Assembly (NCBI RefSeq): GCF_001194135.2
Contig: NC_069002.1
Span: forward strand, 27,330,797-27,394,796
From: Octopus bimaculoides
Taxonomy: Eukaryota
Length of the DNA: 64,000 nucleotides
Direction of reading: 5' to 3'
Of the stretch, positions 26,187 to 38,909 are shown one piece after another (within the stretch, counting starts at the first letter, position 1; each line of letters opens with the position of its first letter). Below the pieces are notes generated by a model. It was not told the origin of the DNA. It made no database searches and saw nothing but the letters and a program-made list of their open reading frames with translations. Position numbers and translations under genes: made by a program.

Positions 26187-26524
26187 GACTTACTTGCAAA
26201 AAAGGACGTGTGCGTTCAATAATGTAATAATATAAAGAATATATATATACATGTTTGCCACCTTGGAATCCTCTGTGTAGTGGGTTGATCCACTACTCAG
26301 GAAGAGACTATTCTAGAGTACATTCTGTCTTATCTTCGAAACGTCTAGTTAAAATAGAGACAGCTGATGAAGGAATATTCCAAGTGGCTTTCCGTTTTCC
26401 TATGTGCTCGTTCTGTTGTCTGTAGTTCATTGTTCTAACGTCCTGTACCCTGATATGCATATATATACACATGTAGATGTAAGTATGTACATATATGTGT
26501 GTATACATGTATATATATTCTTTG

Positions 26525-26555
<31 letters not shown>

Positions 26556-26700
26556 CGAAGGTGAGTCAAAAAAGTAATGCTATTTTGTTTAGGACGAGTA
26601 TAATTACCAACACAGGAACATGCATCATACATCAAAATGAAGCTGGTCCTCTGTGGATCACATCCCTACTTCTCAACATAGTCACTGTTACTCTCATGAT
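26556..26700 (+). mobile_element. Mariner-like left-end fragment in a (TA)n tract
   Basis: TA|CGAAGGTGAGTCAAAAAAGTAATGC resembles mariner TIR starts (TA|CGAGGG...AAAAGTAATG). No ORF and no right TIR seen. Confidence 0.45.
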
Positions 26701-26781
26701 GAGGAGTAATGCTGTGTGCTAATGATTCTGCCAGCTTGCTGCCTTCATAATAATAATAATAATAATAATAANNNNNNNNNN

Positions 26782-26821
<40 letters not shown>

Positions 26822-27114
26822 TAAAAAAAGAGCAGGGTGAACAACAACAACAACAGCAATAATCAGTAAAATTCATTACATGTTACTCTTTCCTTTCTTT
26901 CTTTCTTTCTCTATCTCTCTCTCTCTTTCCCTTTCTCTAATTTTCTTTTCCCTGCTCACACTTTCGTTTGTTTTTTCATTCCTTTTAAGGTTCTTTTTTG
27001 CGTTTGTGATGTTTTTGTTTTGTTTTGNNNNNNNNNNTTAAAATGATAATGAAGAAATGCAGAAAACAAACTAAGTAAGTACACACGGACAAATATATAT
27101 GTACATAAATACAT

Positions 27115-27155
<41 letters not shown>

Positions 27156-27820
27156 CATATGTATTCATATAATTATGTGTGCCTATATGCCAATGTACAG
27201 ATTTATATATGTGTATATATATATATACATCAAAAGGACGTGTTTTGATACTATTCCACATTCACAAAAACAGCCATACCAACAATATATNNNNNNNNNN
27301 AGAACTTGAAGATGGACAAAACACCACTAGGCATTTCGCTTGGTGCGCTAGTGATTCCGCCAGCTCACCATCTTCATAATAATAATAACTATCATTATTA
27401 TTATTTCTACTCTAAGCACAAGGCCTTGAAAATTTTGGGGGGAAAGGGGATAGTCGATTACGTCGACCCCAGTGCGTAACTGCTACTTATTTCATCGTCC
27501 CCCAAAAGGATGAAAGGCAAAGTTGACCTCGGTGGAATTTGAACTCAGAATGTAAAGACAGACGAAAATACCGCTAAGCATTTTGCCCAGCATGCTAACG
27601 TTCCTAATAATAATAATAATGATAATAATAATGATAATAATAATAATAATAATCTTTTCTACTCTAGGCACAAGGCCCGAAATTTTTGGGGAGTGGGGAG
27701 GCAGTCGATTAGATTGACTCCAGTATGCAACTGGTACTTAATTTATCTACTCCAAAAGGATGAAAGGCAAAGTCGACCTCGGCAGAATTTGAACTCAGGA
27801 CATAGCGACAGCTCACTGCC

Positions 27821-27855
<35 letters not shown>

Positions 27856-27936
27856 GCCACCTCTCAGTAAACATAGCAATAACAATTCAAGAACATCAAT
27901 ATAAAAAAAAAAGAAAATAATGAAATCTGCGATTAC

Positions 27937-28164
27937 CCGATCATGTTGCTGGTAGTAATCAAGAATGGATGGTAGTAAAGGCAGAAGCAATGTAAATGCC
28001 AGAAGATCTATAATGAGCGAGACAAACACAACCAGGAGAATATGTTTCTGTTGTTTGCAACGAATTGGTGAAGTCTTCTCCAATGTTGAGCCATTTCTTT
28101 GAGTTTTGTCTTCAGATATCTTAGAAGATGGCTCCAATTTGAAAGATGTCTTCCGGTGGGCCAT
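27937..28164 (-). CDS. MFSD10: MFSD10-like MFS transporter, first coding exon (76 codons; exon extends to acceptor at 28171)
   Basis: Translates MAHRKTSF...HILLVVFVSLIIDLLAFTLLLPLLPSILDYYQQHDR, matching the MFSD10/TETRAN TM1 signature (human VVFLGLLLDLLAFTLLLPLLP, recalled). Donor CGG|GTAATC at 27936, phase 0. Acceptor TTTTGCAG| at 28172-28173. Confidence 0.93.
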
Positions 28165-28337
28165 TGGATGCCTGCAAAATCACAAAATATTAATTAGTTG
28201 CGTAAGACTCTAATTAATCTGAAGGCACATAGCTTAGTGGTGAGGGTATTCAGCTCATAATTGTAAGATCAAGAGTTCAATACCTGGTGCTGTGTTATAT
28301 CCTTGGGCAAGACACTTATTTCACATTGCTACAGTCT

Positions 28338-28687
28338 TGTTGGCACTCCATTACTTACGACGTCGAGGGTTCCAGTTGATCTGATCAACGGAACAGCCTG
28401 TGCGTGAAATTAACGTGCAAGTGGCTGAGCACTCCACAGACACGTGTACCCTTAACGTAGTTGTCGGGGAGATTCAGTGTGACACAGTGTGACAAGGCTG
28501 ACCCTTTGACTTACAGGCACAACAGAAACAGGAGGAAAATGTGAGAGAAATTTGTGGTGAAAGAGTACAGCAGGGTTCGCCACCATCCCCTGCCGGAGCC
28601 TCATGGAGCTTTAGGTGTTTTCGCTCAATAAACACTCACAACGACCGTGAGTCCGCTGCCCTAACCACTGGGCCATTGCGCCTCCAC
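28338..28687 (-). mobile_element. SINE family A nested in an older tRNA/CORE-like SINE (host about 28225-28845, + strand)
   Basis: 11-bp TSD TGCTACAGTCT at 28327-28337 and 28688-28698. The host sequence is continuous across the insertion. Confidence 0.88.
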
Positions 28688-30582
28688 TGCTACAGTCTAC
28701 TCAGCCGGTAAAAATGAGTGGTACCTGTAATTCAAAGGAGCCAGCCTTATCACATTCTATGTCATGCTGAATCTCCAGTATATATGTTTGTGGAGTACTC
28801 AGCCACTTTCATGAGCAAGCTGTTCCGTTGATCGGATCAACTGGGGTGTGTTTCAATTAATTTTGAAAATAATTAAGTGTTTAGTAAAATAACTTTGTCA
28901 TTATTAGGTTGGTATTTGGAACACATGAAATTTGACCGAAGGTTTTGATTTCAATCACTTTAACCCTTTTGTTACCATATTTCTGTTAAAATACACTTTG
29001 CTTCAATTAATATTGAAAATAACGAAGTTACTAAAGTAGCTGTCATTATTAAAAACATAACATTTAGAACATAACATCTAGAAATATTGCTAAGCATTTT
29101 GTCCACCATGCTAAAAATTCTGCTAGCTCACCACCTTCATAATAATAATAATAATAATGGTTTCAAATTTTGGCACAAGGCCAGCAATTTTAAGGTAGGG
29201 CAAGTTGTCTAGCCAGCAAGGTGGTGTCATTGAAAGACTAAAATGATGCAAAGTGCATTGTGATTAGTGATATATAACAACACCGAATAGTCTGGTTGGT
29301 CATGTCACACATAATTCTTCAGTGTATATGTGTGAAGTATCAGCATCAATGAAAAAACGAAAAAACAGGGCTTTGTAATAAAAATACCCTGTGTGGTATT
29401 TGTTCAGCTCAAATTATGCAAACACACCCTGGTGATTCTCGCCATCAGAAATGCTGTGAAGCATGAAATTTTGATGGAAGATTTTAATTTAGATCACCTT
29501 GACCCTTTTCTTATATTTCTGTTGAAATATTCTGCTTTGGTTTCGATTCATTTTGAAAATAAAGAATTTAGTAAAATAACTGTCATTATTAAGTTGATAT
29601 TTGGAACATAAATTAACATGAATCTTTCTTGGTGGGTTTTAATTAAAATCGATTTAAATTAGGAAATTTGTATCATGGAACCAAGAGTATTCTTGGATGA
29701 AGGTGGTATTAAAAGGACCAAACATTATAAGCATCTGTCCTTGATACACAACATTATGAATATCACAACTTATTTTTTGAGAAATTAATTAAAAAAAAGA
29801 CATAACAAAACTTTTAGACATGAAAAATTTTTAACAAAAAAGACCAAAAACATCAACTTCATCATCATCATCATCATCATCATTTAGTGTCCATTGTCCA
29901 CTCTGGCTTAGGTTGGACAGTTTGACCAGAGCTGGCAAGCAGGAGAGCTGCACCAGGGTTTCTACAACTGGATGCCCTTCCTAACGCCAACCACTTTACA
30001 GAGCGTGCTGAATGCTTTTAATGTGGCACTGGCATGAGTGCTTTTTACTGCAGACCCTAACTCTTAATTCTTAATCCTAATCCTATTACGGCTTCAATTA
30101 GTTGCTATGGGAACAAATACTAATACCAAATTGTGGATTTCTGCAATGTTGAGAATGGACTAAAATTACTGATGAATTAAAATTACACAGTAATTNNNNN
30201 NNNNNTAATTCATCAGTAATTTTAGTCCATTCTCAACATTGCAGAAATCCACAATTTGGTATTAGTATTTGTTCCCATAGCAACTACAATCTTTAAAAAT
30301 TCATAGCATTTTTATTATTAATGTTTTTCCCCAAAATGGCTACAATTTTAGTAATTGGCATGAAAAACAGCATTTGGTGCAGAAATTTTCAATAAAATTT
30401 GACAGTGTGTGAAACAGGAAACATCCAGAAATTTTTCAGATTACAAAAGTTTTGGGATTCCAGAATTTTACGAAAAGGTTTGCAGAATATCAAAAGGTAT
30501 GAACTTTATAAACAGAGAAGTACAACCACTACTACTACTACTACTACTATTACTACTACTACTACTACTACCATTACTAATA

Positions 30583-32372
30583 CACTGAACAGCAAAAGAA
30601 ACACAATTTTTTCAAATGTCATTTTTATATGGTAAATTCTGAAAATTGCAGGGATGTAAGTGTAAATATTCCAAGACATGCTGGTTCATGGTTGAGACCC
30701 AAATTGCAGGTAACTTTCCCTGAAATGAGAAGCCAAAATGCAGCTGCGTTAAATGCTGTGGGTGGCAGTCACAAACAATTGTCATGAAAACCAAAATGCA
30801 CATGCATCTTGTGGAGGTTATAGGTATAAAAATCAACTTGAACTGCATTCCTTGCATTCATAATTTGGACACATCAGGTATGACCCTCTTATCAGCTGTT
30901 GTTGGCACTCCGTCGAGGGTTCCAGTTGATCTGATCAACGGAACAGCCTGCTCGTGAAATTAACGTGCAAGTGGCTGAGCACTCCACAGACACGTGTACC
31001 CTTAACGTAGTTCTCGGAGATATTCAGTGTGACACAGTGTGACAAGGCTGACCCTATGAATTACAGGCACAACAGAAACAGGAAGTAAGAGTGAGAGAAA
31101 GTTGTGGTGGAAGAGTACAGCAGGGTTCGCCACCATTCCCTGCTGGAGCCTCGTGGAGCTTTAGGTGTTTTCGCTCAATAAACACTCACAACGCCCGGTC
31201 TGGGAATCGAAACCGTGATCCTATGGGCCATTACGCCTCCACCCACTTATCAGCAGTGCAGAGAGAACAAGCTATCAGCCAATTGCAAGCAGGGCAGTGT
31301 GCCCTGGTTGTTGCGAAAGCTTACAACGTCCATGTCAGCACCATCTGTTGCTTGCAACAGCGATGCAACAACATCAACAGCACTGCAGACTGTGCCCGCA
31401 GAGGGCACCCCCTGGTGACCACACCTAGTCAGGACTGCTTCATATCCACCTGCAACACCTCTATGATTGCTTCAGATCGGCCAGCATGACAGCTTGCAAG
31501 ACCATTGGCACTGGACAGCAATCCATCAGCAGCAATACAGTACAACATCAACTGGCCACCAACCACCTGTGTTGCTGTTGTCCTGCTCGAGGGCCAGTCC
31601 TCACTGCCCACCACTGTCAGGTACGACTACAGTGGGCTACACAGCACCAAAGTTGGTGGCATCAACAATGGAGGTCCTGTGTTTCCACTTCGGATGGCAG
31701 AGTGAGGGTGTGGCAGGGTGAACACTACAGAGAGACATGTGCCATGGAGAGAGATGCATAGGGTGGCCAAAACATCATGGTTTGGGGTGCTATATGCATG
31801 AATCAGAGAACTGGGCCCCATGTGTTCCAAAATGTTGGTGCAGGCAGAGGGAATGGCATCACAGCACAGCGCTACATTGACCAGATCCTAAGACCTCACA
31901 TTGTGCCCTTCTTCGCACGTCACCACAGCCACATGTTCCAGCACATGGTCAGGGTCACCATGGACTTCCTGCGGTAGCACAACATCAGAACCATGCCATG
32001 GCCGGCTCTCAGCCCAGATTTGAACCCAACTGAACACCTGTGGGATAAAATCCAGACAGCTGAAACTGGAGGCGGCTTTCCTAAGGGTGTAAGCACAGGT
32101 GCCAATGGCTTTTGTGAATCACCTCATGCGCTCTATGTGCCAACAGTGTATGGCCGTTTTGAACACCCAGGGAGGGCATACACAGTGTTGAACATGTCAT
32201 GCTCTACAGTCTTGATGTGCAGGATCTGCCCACTACCAGAAGACATGACAACGACCCATAGACTGTGGTCAAAGTGCATCCAAGAAATTGACTTTATCAA
32301 ATTTATCAAAATTTATCTCTGGCATAATTAAATTAAAACATAGTTCAGTCACACATGTCTCACAGTTCAGTG
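30583..32372 (+). mobile_element. Tc1-type (DD34E-like) DNA transposon, decayed, interrupted by a SINE
   Basis: TA|CACTGAAC... left end and ...GTTCAGTG|TA right end. Transposase start ATG ACC CTC TTA TCA GC at 30880 continues after the SINE as AVQREQAI... Later motifs MVWGAI and WPALSPDLNPTEHLWD. Frameshifts, stops and loss of the second D region. Confidence 0.88.
30897..31245 (-). mobile_element. SINE family A inserted in the Tc1 transposase 5' end
   Basis: TSD CTTATCAGC at 30888-30896 and 31246-31254. The head has an internal deletion of the D/anticodon region. Confidence 0.88.
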
Positions 32373-32779
32373 TATTTATACTACCAGAACCATCACCACA
32401 ACCATTTACAACCACCACTACCACCACAACTACTAAGGCCACTACTATAACCACCACCAGTATCACCACTACCACCACCACCACCTTGCTATCCCACCAT
32501 TCCCTCCCTCCCACTACAATTATATTATCACCATCACCACCACACCCACGAGAGAACCACTTCCACACTCATTACAATACTATAGACACCGTCACCCCTA
32601 CCACCACCACCACCACCACCACCAACCTGAAGATGCCAGCACTACCATATTCCGATGTGGTTTGAAGAAAGAGAGAGCTTTCAGAGGAATGAAAGACAAA
32701 AGCTCTGGCGATTGTGACNNNNNNNNNNNNNNNNNNNNNNNNNNNNNNNNNNNNNNNNGGGGGGGGGAGACGTTGATGT

Positions 32780-34215
32780 GTATGCATCTGTACACACGCA
32801 TTTATTTATATACACATGCACACATGCATATACATATGCACACATGCATATACATATACACACACATATATATATATATATATATACATATGCACATGCA
32901 TTTATATATACATATGCACACACACATTTATATATACATATGCATACACGCACACATTTATATATACATATGCATACACGCACACATTTATATATACATA
33001 TGCACCCACACACATTTATATATACGTATGCACACATCTATATATGTATGCACACACACATTTATATATATACACACACACATTTATATATACATATGCA
33101 CACACACACACATATTTATATATACATATGCATACACACACACATTTATATATACATATGCATACACACACACATATATACATATGCATACACACACACA
33201 CATATATATGTATGCACACACACATTATATATACGTATGCACACACATTTATATATATGCACACACACACATATACATATGCACACACACATTTATATAT
33301 ATATACGTATGCACACACACATTTATATATACATATGCATACACACACACACATTTATATATACATATGCACACACACACACACATTNNNNNNNNNNTTA
33401 TATATACATATGCACCCACACACATTTATATATACGTATGCACACATATATATATGTATGCACACACACATTTATATATATACACACACACACACACACA
33501 TTTATATATACATATGCACACACACACACATATTTATATATACATATGCATACACACACATTTATATATACATATGCAGACACACACACATTTATATATA
33601 CATATGCATACACACACACACATATATACATATGCATACACACACACACATATATATGTATGCACACACACATTATATATACGTATGCACACACATTTAT
33701 ATATATGCACACACACACACACATACATATGCACACACATTTATATATATACGTATGCACACACACATTTATATATACATACACACACACACATTTATAT
33801 ATACATATGCACACACACACACACATTTATATATACATATGCACACACACACACACACATTTATATATACATATGCACACACACACACATTCATATATAC
33901 ATATGCACACACACACACACATTCATATATACATATGCACACACACACATTCATATATACATATGCACACACACACATTTATGTATATATATATATGCAT
34001 ACACACACACATTTATATATATATATGCATACACACACATTTATATATACATACATATGCACACACGGACATTTATACATATGCACATACACACACACAT
34101 TTATATATACATATGCACACACACACACACACATATATACATATGCACACACACACACACACACATTTATATATACACATGCACACACATACTTAAATAC
34201 ACACATACATTTATA
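32780..34215. repeat. Compound (CA)/(TA) minisatellite, about 26-30-bp unit ACACACACATTTATATATACATATGC
   Basis: Directly visible; it explains the 470-557 aa H/T/Y/I/M pseudo-ORFs. Followed by a (GA)-rich tract at 34218-34320. Confidence 0.9.
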
Positions 34216-34832
34216 TAAGAGAGAGAGAGAAGGGAAAGAGAGAGAGAAGAGAAAGAGAGAGAGAGAAGGGAAAGAGAGAGAGAGAAGGGAAAGAGAGAGA
34301 GAAGAGAAAGAGAGAGAGAGATTAGAAGTGAAATGGCATTTGAGAGAGAAATACCAACTGGAGTTTGAGAAAGACATGAAGTGGCATAATTGTTGGCCAA
34401 AGAATGGAATTTGGTCGGAGATGGTTTCTAGACAGATCTCCAAGAGAATTTGCCTATTGATAGGAAACAGAACTTCACCAATGCTGTAACACAATCTCAA
34501 GTATGTTATTGTCAACAGATGGCGCTGAATTCTAGAGAAACCATACATGGTTCTTTTGTCTGTTTGGAAAATAATCTCAGATTTTAATCCTAAAATTAGA
34601 AACCTAAATAGAAATACACGACAGTTTCAAATGTCACTCTGCAAATTATGTTGTTGTTGTTGGTAGTGGTGATGGTGTTTAACCCTAGGCAGGTTCTTGT
34701 TGAGCAGACCTACGATTTCAATTATAATCATACCAGTTTTTCTTGCTTCTTTTTAACCAAGCAGTTAACTACATTAACCAATGTGTTCGTTACTTGTTTA
34801 AGATGGTAAGGTTACTACTACTACTATTACTA

Positions 34833-34864
<32 letters not shown>

Positions 34865-35009
34865 ACTAATGCTATCATCACCATTTACGCATTCACTTTT
34901 CCATGCTTGCATGGGTCAGACAGAATTCATTAAAGCAGATTTTCTACAACCATCACCTGTTTCCAAGTACAATAGTGTTTCCTAGAACTGTCACCTTAAT
35001 AGTGACAGA

Positions 35010-35470
35010 ACAACTGTTAACCTTTTTGTTACCATATTTGTTAAAACACACTCATTTTGTTTTAGTTAATCTTGAAAATAACAAAGAATTTAGTAAAATA
35101 ACTGTCATTAATCAACTGATGTTATAAGCACAAATTAACATGGAATCTCGAAGGAGGCCTTTAATTTAGATCACTAACACTTTTGTTACCATATTTCTGT
35201 TGATATATACTGCCTGTATTTAAATTAATCTTGAAAATAACAAAGAATTTGGTAAAATAACTTTGTCATTAATAAACTGATGTTAAAAATATACCATATT
35301 TCGTTGAAATATGCTACCTCTAAATTAATTTTGTCATTACTATGCTGGTGTTTGGAATGTAAATTAACATGAAATTTTGATGAAAGCTTTTAATTTAGAT
35401 TATTTTAAAACAGGGAATTTGAACCAGAGAACCAGGAACAGTCTCAGGGGGGCTAGAATCAAAGGATTTT
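35010..35470 (+). mobile_element. TTAA-flanked MITE family 2, tandem/self-nested copies
   Basis: TTAACCCTTTTGTTACCATATTT...GAATTTAGTAAAATAACT...AGATCACT units. Also at about 22970-23275 (ends AAAAGGGTTAA), 28850-29100, 29460-29720, 44410-44660. Confidence 0.7.
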
Positions 35471-36009
35471 AGGAAACAGATGCAATTATGAAAAATTGGA
35501 TGCTGGTTTAATCTGAGAGAGAAGAGAACTAATGGACAGGTAACAAAAAACGAGAAAAAGAGGATAAAAGATGGTGAAATAGCATCAGTCGAGTGAGGTT
35601 TATTAATATTTTGACTGTGGTAGTGACTGCAAATATGTTAAAGAGTGTGTGTGTGTCTGTGTGTTAATATATGGCTTCAGTAATGTGAAAATAGAAATTC
35701 TGTTATCCAGGTTAAATCTAAATCTCAATCAATCACAATAAAATAATGAATGCTGAGTAAAACATCATGTCTGCAAAGTTTGATTTCAAAAATCTCTTCA
35801 GATTATTGCTTCTAAGCAGGAATAAATAGCACGTTCTCAAACAACAGTGACAAGAACAACAAAAAACTTGCTTAATTGTTTTCTACAAGAATAGATTAAA
35901 CCAAGCATTGATATTTTATTTAAAAAAACTGCCACAAAGATCCTAGTTGAATAGAAAGGAATTTGTAGTTGTGCATAAAAGAATAACACACTACAGTTAT
36001 ATCAATAAC

Positions 36010-36555
36010 ATGGTACCACTACACCTATAGTATGACAGCTCTACTATGCTCCATAAAGTAACCCTACAGTTCTACCATACACTGTACTATAGAGTATCCC
36101 AACAGTACTAAAGCTCTACCATACCCCATACTGTACCACAAAGTACCTCTATAATACTACAGCTCTGGTATACTCCATACTATATCAGGCAGTACCCCTA
36201 CAGTACTACATCTCTACCATATACCATACTGTACCAGACAGTACCCCTATAGTACTACAGCTCTACCATACTCCATACTGTACCATAAAGTACCCCTATA
36301 GTACTACAGCTCTGGTATACTCCATACTATATCAGGCAGTATCCCTACAGTACTACATCTCTACCATACACCATACTATACCAGACAGTGTCCCTGCTCT
36401 ACCATACTATACCAGACAGTACCCAATAGTACTACAGCTCTACCATACACCATATTATACCAGACAGCACCCCTATAGTACTACAGCTCTACCATATTAT
36501 ACCAGACAGTACCCTGTATTACTACAGCTCTATCATACACCATACTGTACCATGT
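36010..36555. repeat. 49-bp minisatellite with a 147-bp higher-order period
   Basis: Unit GTACCCCTATAGTACTACAGCTCTACCATACTCCATACTGTACCATAAA (36241-36289). The variant TCTGGTATAC...ATCAGGCAG recurs at 36164 and 36311. Confidence 0.85.
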
Positions 36556-38167
36556 GGTATAGTGATATGAATATCCAATGCAATCTCAGTGCAACATAAT
36601 TATGTTTTAGTTTGATAATAACAGCTTAAATAGAAATAAATCCAGTTTGTTTTTCTATTTCCTTTAATCTCACTAATCTTTATAATCTCTCTGTAGATTC
36701 TGTTTCTCCCAGTCTTTGATTTCATTATGGGGGTGGGGATGCTTTTAATTTACCATTGCTAATTCAAGTATGTTGCTGTATCCATAGTAATATTTATAAA
36801 CTGTATACACATATACTGTATGTGCATATCTGTTAGTGTGTATACATACTCTTATATATGTGTATGTGTGCATGCACACATGTGAGTGTGTATGTATGTA
36901 TATATATATATATATACATACACACACACACACAATTAGCAATATAAATTCTTAATTCATCATCATTAGTTGCATCAATATCTCTAAATACTTTGTGCTT
37001 TATCAAAGCTATTTTCATCTGTATAATTGTGTGTAGTAATATTACTTATAAACATATTGATATCTGCTCTGTTTGCAATATATAAAGATATCTGTTGTGA
37101 TATCATTTATAGGCATGGCAGCAGTCTAACCCATGCCATCATGGAAGACAGATGTTAAGTGAGGATGATGACATGTTTGGTATCAACTCTAATCATATCA
37201 TAAAACAGTCCTCTGCTAGTTATGGGAATTTAACCCTTTAATATTTAAACCAACCATATCCCGCCCAGATATTCTTTCTGTCTTATGTTCAAAGCAACAA
37301 GATCTGGCCTCTCACACTTGCCCTACAATGTCATTCTAAAAATAAACAATCACATCAACAAGACCTTAGACCTACGAAATATTGCATGGTTGATTAAAGA
37401 CAATGCGAATAAATAAGCATTACATTTGACAGAGAAATTTGAATGCTAATGGTTAAACTAGCCACATCCGGCCCAAATTTTCTACCCATTTTATGTTCAA
37501 ACTAACCAGATCTGGTCCCTTACACCTACAATGTCATTTTGAAGATAAACAACCATATCAATGAAATCTTAGTCCTACTAGATATTGCATGATCTATTCA
37601 AAACAGTGTGAATAAATAAGCATTACATTTGACAGAGAAATCTGAATGCTAAGAGGTTAAACCAGCCAGATCTGGCCCAAATATTCTACCTGTTGTATGG
37701 CTAAACCATCCAAATCTGGCCTCTCACACCTAGCCTATAATGTCATTTTAAAAATAATCAGTTCATCAAAATCTCAAGGCTACAAGATAATGCATGGTTA
37801 ATTCAAAAGAATGTGAATAAATCATCATCATCGTTTAACATCTGTTTTCCATGCTGGCATGGGTTGGACGGTTCAACTGGGGTCTGAGAAGCTAGGAGGC
37901 TGCACCAGGCTCCTGTCTGATCTGGCAGTGTTTCTACAGCCGGATGCCCTTCCTAATGCTAACAACTCCGAGAGTGTAGTGGGTGCTTTTTACGTGCAAC
38001 TGGCACAGGAGCCAATCAGAGGGAGGGGGCTGGCATCAACCACATTTGGATAGTGCTTTTTATGTGCCACCAGCACAGGGAGCCAGTCAGGCAGCGCTGG
38101 CATCAGCCACAACTACAATTTCCATTTGATTGTGGTTTGATTTTGCTATTGATGTACATGACTCAAT

Positions 38168-38552
38168 GTGGAGGCACAATGGCCCAGTGGTTAGGGCAGC
38201 TGACTCGCGGTCATAGGATCACGGTTTCGATTCCCAGACTGGGCGTTGTGAGTGTTTATTGAGCGAAAACACCTAAAGCTCCACAAGGCTCCAGCAGGGA
38301 ATGGTGGCGAACCCGGCTGTACTCTTTCACCACAACTTTCTCTCACATTTTCCTCCTGTTTCTGTTGTGCCTGTAAGTCAAAGGGTCAGCCTTGTCACAC
38401 TGTGTCACGCTGAATCTCCCCGAAAACTACGTTAAGGGTACACGTGTCTGTGGAGTACTCAGCCACTTGCACGTTAATTTCACGAGCAGGCTGTTCCGTT
38501 GATCAGATCAACTGGAACCCTCGACGTCGTAAGCGACGGAGTGCCAACAACA
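38168..38552 (+). mobile_element. SINE family A, full-length young copy nested in a family B element
   Basis: A/B boxes and CpGs retained, (CAA)n tail, 12-bp TSD ACATGACTCAAT at 38156-38167 and 38553-38564. Confidence 0.9.
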
Positions 38553-38875
38553 ACATGACTCAATAGGTCTCCTCAAGCACAACACATCACCCTACGATCC
38601 AAAAGTACTTTTTTGAGTGGGCTGGTTATGCTACACTGCTGTAGGCTACAGGTGTGATGGAGTAATTGGAATGCTAAAGTATAATGTGGTAATCTAACAG
38701 AACTGTTACTACTTTGGACAAAATGTTTAGTGGAGATTGACCATCAAGAAGTTTTACTTTCCAGGTTTCTTTCAATTATTTTAGGAATTCCACTTTCATA
38801 TTTTGCTGTTGTTGTTGGGTATTGTTTAAATCTTTTTTAAACCTTTTGTTGTTTTTTCTGTTCTAAGATTTTCCT

Positions 38876-38909
<34 letters not shown>

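Noticed and set aside
32662-34489. Long ORFs of 472-557 aa rich in H/T/Y/I/M/C
   Set aside because: Translation of a (CA)/(TA) compound minisatellite that lacks stops in those frames; no domain and no codon structure.
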